This document shows, piece after piece, positions 47,022 to 57,764 of a stretch of 64,000 nt of DNA; position 1 is the first letter of the stretch; each line of letters opens with the position of its first letter. This DNA is from Planctomycetota bacterium (GTDB taxonomy: Bacteria; Planctomycetota; PLA2; JAEUHO01), in the NCBI GenBank assembly GCA_029259775.1, contig JAJDEN010000020.1:78846-142845 (forward strand), in the 5' to 3' direction. The notes under the pieces were generated by a model, which worked only from the letters and a program-made list of their open reading frames with translations, did not search any database and was not told the DNA's origin. Position numbers and translations under genes: made by a program.

Positions 47022-49757
47022 CTATCCAACGTCGCGCCCCGGACGCGGGTCCCGGCGCCAGACGTTGCGCATGAGGCGACGGCGCTCCCGGGGATCGGAC
47101 GCGGCGCGGGCCAGGGTGCGCATGCCGCGGCGGGCAGCGAAGCGGTGACCGACCGCGCGACCGTCGTCGCCCACGCCGCGGAAGACGCGCGCCAGGACGT
47201 CATGCAGGCGCACGTCGTCGGCTCGGTTACGGCGTGTGACCTCGAGCAGCGAGGAAGCCGCGACCGCGGCCGCCCGTGCTTCTTCGAGGCGTCCGGCCGT
47301 CCGGAGCGCGTCGGCCAGGTGCGCGTAGCACGTCGCGCGTAGATCGACGGGCAAGTGTGTGTCGGCACCGAGCAGCTCGAATCCGGCGCACGCCTCCTCC
47401 ACGCGCCCCGCCGCCATGTGCAGGCGCGCGGCCGCCATGCGCCCGACAGCCTTCTGGGGTCCGACGGGGAGGATGTCGCGCGCACGGCCGGCGTCGCCAG
47501 ACCGCAAGCTCGCGTCCACGAGCGCGGCGCGGGCGCGATCGGCCTCCTCTTCGAAGCCGGCACTGCGAAGATCGCGCTCGCAGCGCACGAGCAGATGATC
47601 TGCGCCGGGCACGCCGGCGCGGAGGTCGGCGCGCGCCAGGACGGCGGCGGCCTTGACGCGCCCGAGCGCCGTGGACGCGAGGCCTGCCGCCATCTCCGCG
47701 TGGTGGCGCTCGCGCAGCAGGTCGCCGCAGCCTCGGAAGGCGGAAGCCAAGGCCAGGTGGATGCGCGGCAGCAATCGGCTTGCGCGGCTGGACTCCGCTG
47801 CGGCCAGGGCAACGCGCAGGCGATCTGCGGCGCGGTCGTAGTCGTCGAGCCACATGAGCGTCCGGCCCGCGAGCAAGTTCGCCTCGGCCGTACCCCGCGC
47901 GTCGCCGAGCAGACGCAAGAGGTTGCCCGCACGCTGCAACGGCTCGAGCGCCGCGGCCAGACGGCCGTGCCGGATCTCGCTGGAACCGAGCGCGAGAAGC
48001 AGCTCCCCCGCCGCATGGACATCTCCGTGCATGAGGCGGAGCCGCACGGCACGGCGCCGATGCGACGCGGCCGCACGCGGTCGATCGTCCGCCGTGGCAC
48101 AGGCTGCGAGCCCCTCGTGCCAGCGGGCGCTGCGCTCCAGATCGCCAGGTGCGCAGGTCGGTGCGGCGTGGCGCCACGCGCGACGGGCGGCGGCCGGATC
48201 ACCAGCGCTCAGGTCGAGTTTCGCGAGCAGGGCCCAGGCGTCGAAGTGGATGGCGTCCTGTTGGACGGGAAAGCACGGTAGGCCCTCCGCGAGGAGGGTG
48301 CGCGCCTCGTCGGCCTGCCTATGACGGGCCTGGGCAAGCAGGTGCGCGGCGGACGGCGTCGCCGACAGCGCGGCGGGGCCGAGCAACGCGCGGGCCGCGG
48401 ACTCGCGGCCCGCATGCCAGAGGCGGTGCGCGACGTGCGCGACGCCGGCATCCCCGGCCGACAACCGCGCGGCCGCCTCCGCGAGCACGTCGAGATGCCA
48501 GCCCTCGGCCGTGCGCAGGACGGGAAGCTGCTCGAGGCACGCGGCGAGGCCCTCGCCGACGGCGCCGGGCTCGCTCCCCATCGCAACGAGCCGCAACCGG
48601 CGCACGGCATCGTCGCGATGCGCGCCGCCACGGACGACGCGCCGGGTCCATGCCGCCTCGAGACGCGCGCGCGCACCCGAGCGCGCGGCCGGCGACATGC
48701 GCTCACGGTAGGCACGCTGCTTCGCGCGGGTGGCGAAGTAGCGAGCGGACGCCAGACCACCGCGTGCGGCCACGGCCTCGTCGAGCAGGGCGCGGGCGAA
48801 GGACCGTTTCACGCCCGCCGCGTCGGCGAGCAGGGCTACGTCGTCCGGGGTGCCCTGGACGGCGGCCACTTCGAGCACGCGACGGGCCGGCGCGCCCTGC
48901 GTCCGGATCCATTGCAGGAACGCGCCGCCGGTGCGGCGTCCGTCCGGCCAGGTCTCGGGAGCGCGCGTGACGACGACGCTGCGACCGCGAAGCTCGAGTT
49001 CGCCGGCTCGCGCCATGCGGCGGACGGCCTCGATGACGCGCCCGGGCAGTCCATCGCACGTCTTCGTGAGCGCCGGCGCCAGACGCCGAGCGGTGGCCGG
49101 ATGGCGCAGCCAACGTCGGAGCAGGAGCTCGACCTGCGTCACGCCGAGCGGCTCGACTTCCCACGCGATCTGCGAGACGACACGGGAGGACCCGTCGGTG
49201 GCGCCCGCGATGACGCCGAAGCCATGTCCTTGGGCCGAGGGCATGAGGACGGCGAGCGTGGCCTCGTCGAGGTCATGCAGGTCGTCGACGAGCACCGGGC
49301 CGATCGGGGCGAGGCGCTCGACCAGGGAACGCACGAGCCGCGGGTCGAGTGCGGAGGCGCCGCGCCGGCTCGGACGGTCGCCCAGCCACGCAGCCAACAC
49401 GAGGATCTCGTCGCGAGCGAGGGGGTGCACGGCGCGCAGCGCACGCTCGAGGGCAGGCCCGGCCGGCTGGGGGAACACGCGTCGCAACAGCTCGTGGAGC
49501 GGGGCCATCGGGATGCGTGCGTCGGGCGCCGGGTGGATACGCAGGAGTCGCGGCGCGCCGGTCTCGCGGATCAACTGGTCGGCCTCGTCGAGCATGCGTG
49601 AGATGCCCGCGCCGGAGGGCCCCCAGAGCGTGATCCATCCCGCACCGCGCTGCCGCACCCGCAGCTGCGTCTTGAGACGTCCGAGCAGCGGCTCACGCCC
49701 TGTCAGGGGGACCGCGTGGCGGTACTCGAACCAGTCCGGGGCGCCTGAGGGTTGCAC
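47022..49757 (-). CDS. STAND-type AAA+ ATPase with C-terminal TPR/helical repeats (AfsR/MalT-like regulator)
   Basis: Walker A WGPSGAGISRML; hhhhDDLHDLD Walker B. Long Ala/Leu/Arg-rich TPR-like region. Confidence 0.7.
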   Translation of the reverse strand: MQPSGAPDWFEYRHAVPLTGREPLLGRLKTQLRVRQRGAGWITLWGPSGAGISRMLDEADQLIRETGAPRLLRIHPAPDARIPMAPLHELLRRVFPQPAGPALERALRAVHPLARDEILVLAAWLGDRPSRRGASALDPRLVRSLVERLAPIGPVLVDDLHDLDEATLAVLMPSAQGHGFGVIAGATDGSSRVVSQIAWEVEPLGVTQVELLLRRWLRHPATARRLAPALTKTCDGLPGRVIEAVRRMARAGELELRGRSVVVTRAPETWPDGRRTGGAFLQWIRTQGAPARRVLEVAAVQGTPDDVALLADAAGVKRSFARALLDEAVAARGGLASARYFATRAKQRAYRERMSPAARSGARARLEAAWTRRVVRGGAHRDDAVRRLRLVAMGSEPGAVGEGLAACLEQLPVLRTAEGWHLDVLAEAAARLSAGDAGVAHVAHRLWHAGRESAARALLGPAALSATPSAAHLLAQARHRQADEARTLLAEGLPCFPVQQDAIHFDAWALLAKLDLSAGDPAAARRAWRHAAPTCAPGDLERSARWHEGLAACATADDRPRAAASHRRRAVRLRLMHGDVHAAGELLLALGSSEIRHGRLAAALEPLQRAGNLLRLLGDARGTAEANLLAGRTLMWLDDYDRAADRLRVALAAAESSRASRLLPRIHLALASAFRGCGDLLRERHHAEMAAGLASTALGRVKAAAVLARADLRAGVPGADHLLVRCERDLRSAGFEEEADRARAALVDASLRSGDAGRARDILPVGPQKAVGRMAAARLHMAAGRVEEACAGFELLGADTHLPVDLRATCYAHLADALRTAGRLEEARAAAVAASSLLEVTRRNRADDVRLHDVLARVFRGVGDDGRAVGHRFAARRGMRTLARAASDPRERRRLMRNVWRRDPRPGRDVG

Positions 49758-49838
49758 GGTCCCCTATCGGCACTTCCCGCGCATGCCCCAAGGCCGAAGC
49801 ATCCCCCGGCGAGAGGTCCATTGGAAGGCCTCCAGGGC

Positions 49839-51005
49839 CTAGAGCGCACCGTGGAACAGAGGGCCGCGGACGGTCTCCTCGGTCTGCATCGTGGAGGCCA
49901 CATGATCCACGATGTCGGCGGCCGCCGAGGGCCGCCCCATGTGGCGGGCGCGGCGAGCCAGAGTGGCCCGCAGATCGGGGTCGTCCAGCAGCTGGACGGT
50001 CCGGCAGCGAACCTCTTCCGGGGTCAGGGCGCGGAAGCCCGCGCGCGCCTCGACGACAGCATCTGCGTTGCGCTCTTCCTGCCCGGGAATCGAGCCGGAG
50101 ATCACCATCGGCCGGCCGGCTGCCATGCACTCCGAGGTGCTCATGCCGCCGCTCTTGGAGATGACGACGTCGGCGACGGCCATGAGGTCGCGCACGTCGT
50201 GGACAAAGCCCAGAGGCAGCAGGACCGCGCCCTCCGGCCGAGGCAAGCGGGCGATGCGTCGGCGCAGCCGCTCATTGCGGCCGCACACGGCGATGACCTG
50301 GATGTCGCGGCGGTCGCGCCACAGACCGAGGATGGAGCGGCCCATCGGGCCGGCAGCGAAGCCCCCGCTCAAGAACAGCACCGTGGGCCGGTCCGGGTCC
50401 AGCCCATAGCGCACGCGCACGCGGGCGAGGTCCGGTTGGGTGGAGAAGTCGGGCCGGACGGGGATGCCCGTGACGTCGATCCGCTTCTCATCGACTCCGT
50501 AGGTGAGAACCATGCGTGTCTTCACCAGGTCGCTCGCCACGTAGTAGTGGTCGACCTCGGGGTAGTACCAGTTGCGGTGCGTGTCGTGATCGGTGATCAC
50601 CGCATGCAACCGAGTGTCGATCTTGCCCTTGCGCAGGGCCCGCCCCAGCAGCTCGGGGGCAAGAAAGTGCGTGCACAGCACCACGTCGGGCTTGCGCTGC
50701 TTGACCAGGCGCACGAAGCGCCTGCCGGCGATGACCGTGATGGCGTGGGCGAGGCGTGACGTCTTCTCGTTCGTGATGTCGTAGAGATGGCGCCAGAGCA
50801 GCGGGTGCTTGTCGACGAGGCGGATGTAGCCCCAGCGGTAGACGTGCTTGAAGACGTTGTTCGTCAGCGCGACGCAGTCCACATGGGTCGTCTCGATCTC
50901 GGGATGCCGCAGCTTCAGCGCGGCGGCCACGGCCTTGCCGGCCATCGTGTGACCGTGCCCCGCCGAGCCGCTGACCACGAGCACACGAGGATTCGAGGGG
51001 GACAC
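49839..51005 (-). CDS. Glycosyltransferase family 28 (monogalactosyldiacylglycerol synthase / MurG-like)
   Basis: VLVVSGSAGHGHTMAGKAV N-terminus. C-terminal GT-B fold motifs (VISKSGGMSTSECMAAGRPMV). Confidence 0.8.
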   Translation of the reverse strand: MSPSNPRVLVVSGSAGHGHTMAGKAVAAALKLRHPEIETTHVDCVALTNNVFKHVYRWGYIRLVDKHPLLWRHLYDITNEKTSRLAHAITVIAGRRFVRLVKQRKPDVVLCTHFLAPELLGRALRKGKIDTRLHAVITDHDTHRNWYYPEVDHYYVASDLVKTRMVLTYGVDEKRIDVTGIPVRPDFSTQPDLARVRVRYGLDPDRPTVLFLSGGFAAGPMGRSILGLWRDRRDIQVIAVCGRNERLRRRIARLPRPEGAVLLPLGFVHDVRDLMAVADVVISKSGGMSTSECMAAGRPMVISGSIPGQEERNADAVVEARAGFRALTPEEVRCRTVQLLDDPDLRATLARRARHMGRPSAAADIVDHVASTMQTEETVRGPLFHGAL

Positions 51006-51240
51006 GACGGCTCCGGTTGGCGCACTCCGGCTGGGGCGGGGCGCGGGATGCTACCACGTTACCTACGGCTCACATGCCTAGCAGCGGCCTCCTTCCCTGC
51101 GGCTCGGTCGACCGTCGTCAGCACCCGCGTAGGGGCGCCCCTCGTGGGCGCCCACACCAGCCTGATGTTCGGCCTTGGGCCATGGCGTGACGCATCCGGC
51201 TGCTCACCTGCGCCGGGAAGATGGAACGCCGTCCGCGGAA

Positions 51241-51321
51241 GGGCGACCACAAGGGTCGCCCCTACCCGTAAGGGCACGCGACGGAGGGGGCGTCCCGGGC
51301 GACCACAAGGGTCGCCCCTAC
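51241..51321. repeat. Palindromic double-hairpin intergenic element, copy 2: GGGCGACC-ACAAG-GGTCGCCC x2, immediately 3' of nrdJ
   Basis: Same architecture as 45670..45750. The G>A change in the left arm is matched by C>T in the right arm. Confidence 0.7.
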
Positions 51322-51379
51322 ACGCCCCGAGCCACCGATCGCCCCCGGCATCAAGCTCAGCGCCCTCCCAGTGCGCCGG

Positions 51380-54300
51380 CTACGAGCAGCCGGAGGTGGC
51401 TCCGCAGGTCTCACACTTCTCACACGTGCCGTTGCGCACCATGGTGAACGAACCGCAGTCGGGGCAGGCGTCGCCGGTGTAGCCCTGCAGACGCGCCTTC
51501 TCGGCCTCGGTCATCGCCACGCTTCCGCGGTAGCTGAACCGCGCTTCGCGCACCTCGGAGCGGGTCTGGACCGTGACGTTCTCGGCCGACGGCGAGGCCG
51601 GCTGCGAGAGCGAGTAGCCGGTGCTCTTGGGACGCAGGGTCTCGCTCGCAAACACGCCTTTCGACGTACCCGCGCCATGCTCGACGCCGTGGCCGTTGCC
51701 GTTGCCATTCCCGCCTCCAGCGCCGCTTCCGCTGGCATGTGCCTCGCCGGACGCGCTCCCGTTGGACCCGCCCCCGTCAGCCCCGCCCGCATCAGACCCG
51801 CCCGCATCAGACACGTCCTGGGTGACCGTGCGCTCCTCGACGAGCTCTTCGCTGTCGTACTCGGGCGTGGCCTCGCCGGCGTCCGCATCGCCACGGACCG
51901 CGTCGGACGTGAGGTCCTCGGGCGTGACCTGCGCGAGATCCTTGCGGTCCAGGTAGGACACAGCCAGCTCGCGGAAGATGTAGTCGATGATCGACGTGGA
52001 CATCTTGATCCGGTCGTTGCCCTTGACGATGCCGTTGGGCTCGAAGCGCGTGAACGTGTAGGCGTCCACGAACTCCTCGAGCGGCACGCCGTACTGCAGG
52101 CCGATCGAGACGGCGATCGCGAAGCAGTTCATCAAGCTCCGGAAGGCAGCGCCCTCCTTGTGCATGTCGATGAAGACCTCTCCGATGTGGCCATCGGTGT
52201 ACTCGCCCGTGCGCAGGTACACCTTGTGCCCGCCGATCATGGCCTTCTGCGTGTACCCGCCGCGACGCTGGGGCATCCGGCGACGCTTGGACAGGTAGCG
52301 GACGACAACGCGCTCGCGGATCTTGTTCGCCGCGGCGCGGACGCGCGTGTCGAGGCGATCGCTGACGAGATCTTCGGGCCCGGTCGCATCGGGGCCGGTG
52401 GCGTTGGGATTGCCACCCTCGGCCTCCTCGAGCAGCTCGGCGAGATCGAGCTCGGTCGTCGTGTTGAGCGGCTGGCTCAGCTTGCTGCCGTCGCGGTAGA
52501 GCGCCATCGCCTTGATCATCTTGCCCCAGGAGAGGCGGTAGGCGTCGGTGACGTCCTCCACGCTCGCCTCGTGCGGCATGTTGATCGTCTTGCTGATCGC
52601 GCCGGAGATGAACGGCTGCGCGGCCGCCATCTGATTGATGTGGCCGACGGCCGAGATCGAGCGCTGGCCGTAGCGGCCGCACTTGTTGGCGCAGTCGAAG
52701 ACGGGGAGATGTTCGTCCTTGAGGCCCGGCGCGCCCTCGATGGTCATCGTGCCGCAGATGGCGTCGTTGGCCTCGTGCACCTGGTCCCGATCGAACCCGA
52801 GGAAGCCCAGCAGGTCGAAGCTCGGATCCTCATAGATGTGCGTCGGCACCTTCAGCTCGTCGCGCAGGAAGTCGTCGCCCACGGTGAAGCGGTTGATGAC
52901 GAACGAGATGTCGAACGCGGACGGCAACTGCGCTTCGATCCGGTCGATGATCTCGGACGTGAAGCCCTTGACCCGCAGCGTCACCTCGTTGATCTGCGGC
53001 GCGCCCCTGAGCGACCCGGTGCCCTTGACGTACCGGACGATCTCCTCGGTCTGCTTCTCGTCGTAGCCGAGGTTGCGCAGCGCGATCGGGACCGAGCGGT
53101 TGATGATCCGGAAGTAGCCGCCTCCGGCGAGCTTCTTGAACTTGACCAACGCGAAGTCCGGCTCGATGCCGGTCGTGTCGCAGTCCATGACCAGACCGAT
53201 CGTGCCCGTGGGCGCGAGGACACTGACCTGGGCGTTGCGGTAGCCGTGGCGCTCGCCCTGCTCGACGGCGCGATCCCAAGCGTCACGCGCCGCGGCGACG
53301 AGGTACGACGGGCAGTGCTCGGGGTCGATGCCCATGGGCGTGACCGTGAGCCCCTCGTACTCGGCGGCCGGCGCGTCGTAGGCCGCGCGACGGTGGTTGC
53401 GCATGACGCGCATCATCGACGAGGCGTTGCGCTTGTGACGCGCGAACGGCCCGAGAGCCTCGGCCAACTCGGCGGAGGTGGCGTAGGCCTCGCCCGTCAG
53501 GATCGCCGTGATGGAGCCGTTCCACGAGCGGCCTTCCGGCGAGTCGTAGGGCACACCGAGCTGCATGAGCAGCGAACCGAGGTTCGCGTAGCCGAGACCG
53601 AGCGTGCGGTAGTCCCACGACAGGCGCGCGATGCGCTTGCTCGGGTACTGCGCCATCAGGACGGAGATCTCGAGCACCGTCGTCCAGATGCGAACGGCGT
53701 GGCGGAAGCCCTCGACGTCGAACGACCCCTCGTCCGCGTTGAAGAACGTCACGAGGTTGAGCGAGGCCAGATTGCAGGCCGTGTCATCGAGGAACATGTA
53801 CTCGGAGCACGGGTTGGACGCGTTGATGCGCCCGTCCTTCGGGCACGTGTGCCACTCGTTGATCGTCGTGTCGAACTGGACACCCGGGTCGGCGCAGGCC
53901 CACGCGCTGTAGGCGATGCGCTCCCAGAGGTCACGAGCCCGCAGGGTGCGCGCGATCTGGCGCTCGCCCTGGGGGCCGGGCGTGCGCAGGTAGAGGTGCC
54001 ACTCGCGGTCGTCTTCGACAGCCTTCATGAAGTCGTTGTCGAGACGAACGGAGTTGTTCGAGTTCTGGCCGGAGACGGTGACGTAGGACTCGCTGTCCCA
54101 GTCGGTGCTGTACGTCGGGATGTCGATGCCGGAGAAGCCCTGCTGCGCGAGGGAGACGCAGCGCATCACGTAGTTCATCGGGACGAGCGCGTCACGGGCC
54201 GCCTTGATGGCGACGCGCAGGCGGCTGTTCTGCTTGGGGTCGAAGCGGGCGTCCTCATCGCTGCAGTCCGCGCGCAGCAGGGGATCGGCGCAGGCGCCAA

Positions 54301-55216
54301 AGACGCCGTTGAGCGACTTCTCGAGCATGCGCGAGCCAGACACCAGCGCGGCGACCTTCTGCTCCTCGCGGGACTTCCAGTCGACGAACTCCTCGATGTC
54401 GGGGTGGTCGACGTCGAGGCAGACCATCTTGGCCGCACGACGGGTCGTGCCGCCCGACTTGATGGCGCCGGCTGCGCGGTCGCCGATCTTGAGGAACGAC
54501 ATGAGGCCGGAGGACTTGCCGCCGCCCGAGAGGGGCTCGCCCTCGCCGCGCAGGGCGCTGAAGTTCGTGCCGGTCCCCGAGCCGTACTTGAAGAGACGCG
54601 CCTCACGGACCCAGAGGTCCATGATGCCGCCTTCGCCCACGAGGTCGTCGCCGACGCTCTGGATGAAGCAGGCGTGCGGCTGGGGCCGCTCGTAGGCCGA
54701 CTTGCTCACGTTCAGCCGGCCCGTCTCGGGATCGACGTAGCTGTGGCCCTGGGCCGGACCGTCGATGCCGTAGGCAAAGTGCAGGCCTGTGTTGAACCAC
54801 TGCGGGCTGTTCGGCGCGCAGCGCTGGTCAGCGAGCATGCGGCACAGCTCGTCGTAGAACGCCGACGCGTCCTCCTCGCCGTCGAAGTAGCCGTAGCGCT
54901 CGCCCCAGTGGGTCCAGCAGCCGGCCAGGCGGTGGAACACCTGCCGGGCATCGGTCTCGCCGCCGCAGACCTGCTCACCGCCCGAGTCCAGGACGGGGTC
55001 GCCCGACGGATCGGTCTGGGGCACGCCGGCGCGGCGGAAATACTTCTGGGCCAGCACGTCGGTGGCGACCGAGGACCAGGTGGCCGGGACGCTCACGTCG
55101 TCGAGGTGAAAGACGACCGTGCCGTCCGGATTGCGGATCTCCGAGGTCCTGGAGCTCCACTCGATCCCCTCGTAGGGGTCCTGCCCGGCGGTCGTGAATC
55201 GACGACTGAACTTCAT
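51380..55216 (-). CDS. nrdJ: Adenosylcobalamin-dependent ribonucleoside-triphosphate/diphosphate reductase, class II, with a low-complexity Gly/Ser/Asn insert and C-terminal zinc ribbon
   Basis: RBS AGAGG at the [20 protein letters not shown] start. Class II RNR blocks throughout. C-terminal CPDCGS...CEKCETCG. Confidence 0.85.
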   Translation of the reverse strand: MKFSRRFTTAGQDPYEGIEWSSRTSEIRNPDGTVVFHLDDVSVPATWSSVATDVLAQKYFRRAGVPQTDPSGDPVLDSGGEQVCGGETDARQVFHRLAGCWTHWGERYGYFDGEEDASAFYDELCRMLADQRCAPNSPQWFNTGLHFAYGIDGPAQGHSYVDPETGRLNVSKSAYERPQPHACFIQSVGDDLVGEGGIMDLWVREARLFKYGSGTGTNFSALRGEGEPLSGGGKSSGLMSFLKIGDRAAGAIKSGGTTRRAAKMVCLDVDHPDIEEFVDWKSREEQKVAALVSGSRMLEKSLNGVFGACADPLLRADCSDEDARFDPKQNSRLRVAIKAARDALVPMNYVMRCVSLAQQGFSGIDIPTYSTDWDSESYVTVSGQNSNNSVRLDNDFMKAVEDDREWHLYLRTPGPQGERQIARTLRARDLWERIAYSAWACADPGVQFDTTINEWHTCPKDGRINASNPCSEYMFLDDTACNLASLNLVTFFNADEGSFDVEGFRHAVRIWTTVLEISVLMAQYPSKRIARLSWDYRTLGLGYANLGSLLMQLGVPYDSPEGRSWNGSITAILTGEAYATSAELAEALGPFARHKRNASSMMRVMRNHRRAAYDAPAAEYEGLTVTPMGIDPEHCPSYLVAAARDAWDRAVEQGERHGYRNAQVSVLAPTGTIGLVMDCDTTGIEPDFALVKFKKLAGGGYFRIINRSVPIALRNLGYDEKQTEEIVRYVKGTGSLRGAPQINEVTLRVKGFTSEIIDRIEAQLPSAFDISFVINRFTVGDDFLRDELKVPTHIYEDPSFDLLGFLGFDRDQVHEANDAICGTMTIEGAPGLKDEHLPVFDCANKCGRYGQRSISAVGHINQMAAAQPFISGAISKTINMPHEASVEDVTDAYRLSWGKMIKAMALYRDGSKLSQPLNTTTELDLAELLEEAEGGNPNATGPDATGPEDLVSDRLDTRVRAAANKIRERVVVRYLSKRRRMPQRRGGYTQKAMIGGHKVYLRTGEYTDGHIGEVFIDMHKEGAAFRSLMNCFAIAVSIGLQYGVPLEEFVDAYTFTRFEPNGIVKGNDRIKMSTSIIDYIFRELAVSYLDRKDLAQVTPEDLTSDAVRGDADAGEATPEYDSEELVEERTVTQDVSDAGGSDAGGADGGGSNGSASGEAHASGSGAGGGNGNGNGHGVEHGAGTSKGVFASETLRPKSTGYSLSQPASPSAENVTVQTRSEVREARFSYRGSVAMTEAEKARLQGYTGDACPDCGSFTMVRNGTCEKCETCGATSGCS

Positions 55217-56324
55217 ACGTGCCTCTCTCGCAGCGCGCACACGCGCGCGATCTCTCAAATAGCCGTGTCGAAATGAACGTGTTGTCTGCCTGGGCGTGCC
55301 GCGCCGACTGACATGACGTCAGGCGGCAAGACATCCCTGGAACGTCTCTCCCCAGGAGGATCTCTCCCCAGGAGGAGTCGTGCCCCTGGCGATCTGCATT
55401 GGATCCGCCCAGGCGGCGGCCCAGCGCGCCCCCTCCAGGCTCGCTCGTTGCCGTACCCGTCGCATCCCGTCGCACATCGCCACGGCACTGCTTCGCAGCA
55501 CTGCACTGCTTCGCAGCACTCAGGCGCGCGTCACGGCAACGCCCGACAGCCCGCCGCAGGCAGCGCCTCGGAGCCCGCCGCCGTTGCGGCCGGCCTCCCG
55601 GGACTCCCGCCTCCCGGGACTCCCGCCTCTCGGGACCTCCCGGGGCCTTCCCCGAAGTCGTCCCGAAGGTGCTGCCAAACGTGCCGTCGGGCGATCCCGA
55701 CCAACGCAACCCATCTGGTGCCAACCCCAACAGGTTGTGGTCCCATGGGGGTGACTCCACAGCATGTCGTAGCACGACCGCCGTGAGAGCGCACGAAGAA
55801 GTTCCGTCGCCAAACCGGATGGCAGCCACTCTCGGCCGCGTCACCAGCTCCACGAGCCCGCCTCACGAACCCGCCTCACGAAGGACAGGCGCCCGCGACC
55901 GGGTTCCTGTGCTGTGCGACGCGCTTCCGCAACGGATCCCTCCGCAACGAGACGCATCCCTCCGCGAAGAGACGGATCCCTCCGCGGCGAGACGTAACCG
56001 CTTCACCCCCCAAGACACGCCTGTCCGGGGTCGAAGAAGTTACGCCCGGGGTGGGACAGTCCCGGGCGGGGTAGGGATCCCGTCGCCGGCGTCCGTGCGG
56101 CAGTGAGGAGGCAGCCTGACGTGCCCCCAAAGCGTCCAAATCCACACCGGCCTGCGCCGCTTCTTGCGGCCGTCTGAAGCCAGTCTGGCGCGCTCGCGAC
56201 GAGCCATCGACGTCCAAGCGCCACCAATGGGGCTGCGCGGGATGACAGACGCCGACAACCGGAATCGCGACGCGATTTGGCGCGAACCAACCGTCCGCCT
56301 TCGGGGTTCGTATAGATAGACGAA

Positions 56325-56443
56325 GTCGCGGGGGTCGAGCCGACCACCCTCCTCCCTCCCTACCTGAGACGCCTCCCCGTTTCACCGGCTCCCTCCGCGG
56401 CTGACGGGCCGGGCCCGCAAGGGTCCGGCCCGTTCCTTTTTTT
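56325..56443 (+). ncRNA. Candidate small RNA: TATAGAT -10-like box at 56312-56318, CU-rich body with several CCUCC motifs, ending in an intrinsic terminator
   Basis: GACCACCCTCCTCCCTCCCTACCTGAGACGCCTCCCCGTTTCACCGGCTCCCTCCGCGG followed by the hairpin plus T7 tract. No + strand CDS upstream. Confidence 0.3.
56406..56443 (+). terminator. Rho-independent terminator: GGGCCGGGCCC-GCAA-GGGTCCGGCCC (11 bp, one G.U, GNRA loop) followed by TTCCTTTTTTT
   Basis: Read directly from the sequence. Strongest terminator signature in the window. Confidence 0.65.
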
Positions 56444-56829
56444 GGTCACGGGAATTTGATCCGCACGTGCGCCCGTCCCCGCGGCACGCACCGTGCGTGG
56501 ACGCGCGCTGGCGCACGTCGAAGAACGACGTGCGCGCGCGGGCCTCGAGGCATCGCCAAGCGGTCGAGCCTGCTACGTGAATTCGCGACCGGGCGGCCGG
56601 TTTCAGGTCGGTTATTTGGTTACGGAGGGTGTCGGAGGCGGTGGTACAGTCCGCCGCCAATCGGCCCGTCAGCGGGCTGATTCGACGTTTCTGGCGACTT
56701 CGCTGCGTGCGAAACGCCGAAAACAGACGATCAAAAACCAAGATGTCCGTCGCGCAGGCGTTCACCCCACGATCACGTGGACACACGACCGGCGAAGACG
56801 CGGGCATCCACAAGAGGCAGGAGAGGTTC

Positions 56830-57057
56830 ATGGCTGCGAGGAAGAAGTCGAAGAAGAAGGCCGCGCGTCGGGCCAAGAAGCCGGCGTTGAACGTCGTCGT
56901 CGGTTCCAAGGTCAAGGAAGCCGTCAAGAGCCACGGCGTGCGCTGTTCGGGCGATCTCGTCGAGGCGCTCAACGGCAAGGTCATCGCCATGCTCAGCGAC
57001 GCGGTCGCGCGCTGCGAGGCCAACCGCCGCGGTACGGTCCGCCCCCAGGACCTCTAA
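56830..57057 (+). CDS. Small basic histone-like protein (Lys/Ala-rich N-terminal tail + folded C-terminal domain)
   Basis: RBS GGAGAGG 6 nt upstream. MAARKKSKKKAARRAKKPALNVVVGSKVKEAVK... Confidence 0.55.
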   Translation: MAARKKSKKKAARRAKKPALNVVVGSKVKEAVKSHGVRCSGDLVEALNGKVIAMLSDAVARCEANRRGTVRPQDL

Positions 57058-57238
57058 GCAAGAGTTCAGCTGGCGCGGCGATCCTTCGGGGTCGCCGCGC
57101 ACATCTGCCCAAGAGCAGGTACCCAAGAGGGCGTCGCGCTTCGCGCGGCGCCCTCTTGTCATGTTGACCTCGATCCTTGTTTCGTCCTTCCGTGTCGCCT
57201 CGTGCGACGTTTCTTCCTGCGACCTCCCCCACCGTGAG

Positions 57239-57730
57239 ATGCCCCCCGCCATGAGGCGCGACGCCACCCAGATCCTCCGGATGCTGCAAGCCACGGCCGC
57301 CGAGACGCGCGACCGGGACGAGCTCGCCGCGACCGCGCTCCGGGGCCTGCGCGACACGCTGCCGCAAGCGTCGTGGAGCGGCATCTACTGGCTGGAGGGC
57401 CAGGAACTGGTACTGGGACCCTTCCACGGCCCCGCGACGGATCACACGCGCATCCCCGTCGGGCGCGGCGTCTGCGGGACGGCCGTCGAGGAAGGCGCCG
57501 ACCAGCGGGTGGATGACGTCCGCGAGCGGGCCAACTACCTCGCCTGCTCCGCGTCGGTCCGCAGCGAGTTGGTCGTGCTGATCCGCGCACGCGACACCAT
57601 CGTCGGGCAGTTCGACTTCGACGCGGAGGAGGTGGGTGCGTTCGATGCCGACGACCTCTGTGTGGTGCGCGCCGTGGCGGATGCGTTCGGCGCCCTGATC
57701 GCGGCGCTGTCGGATGCGCCGGGCGGCTGA
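57239..57730 (+). CDS. GAF domain protein, free methionine-(R)-sulfoxide reductase-like
   Basis: IPVGRGVCGTAVEEG and GQFDFDAEE blocks typical of fRMsr-type GAF proteins. Start chosen among nearby ATGs. Confidence 0.65.
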   Translation: MPPAMRRDATQILRMLQATAAETRDRDELAATALRGLRDTLPQASWSGIYWLEGQELVLGPFHGPATDHTRIPVGRGVCGTAVEEGADQRVDDVRERANYLACSASVRSELVVLIRARDTIVGQFDFDAEEVGAFDADDLCVVRAVADAFGALIAALSDAPGG

Positions 57731-57764
57731 GCGCGACCGGCTGATCCCGGGCTACGATCCCTTC

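Larger units (their letters stand above)
55217..56829. promoter_or_regulatory. About 1.6-kb CDS-free region upstream of nrdJ, dense in short tandem repeats and palindromes
   Basis: CACTGCTTCGCAGCACTG x2 at 55486-55525. CCTCCCGGGACTCCCG repeats with TCCCGGGA palindromes at about 55590-55650. GGATCCCTCCGCNNCGAGAC x3 at about 55915-55990. No credible ORF on either strand. Confidence 0.5.

Noticed and set aside
55217-56829. Cobalamin riboswitch upstream of nrdJ
   Set aside because: No B12-box-like consensus recognised. nrdJ is B12-dependent, so B12 repression would be unexpected.
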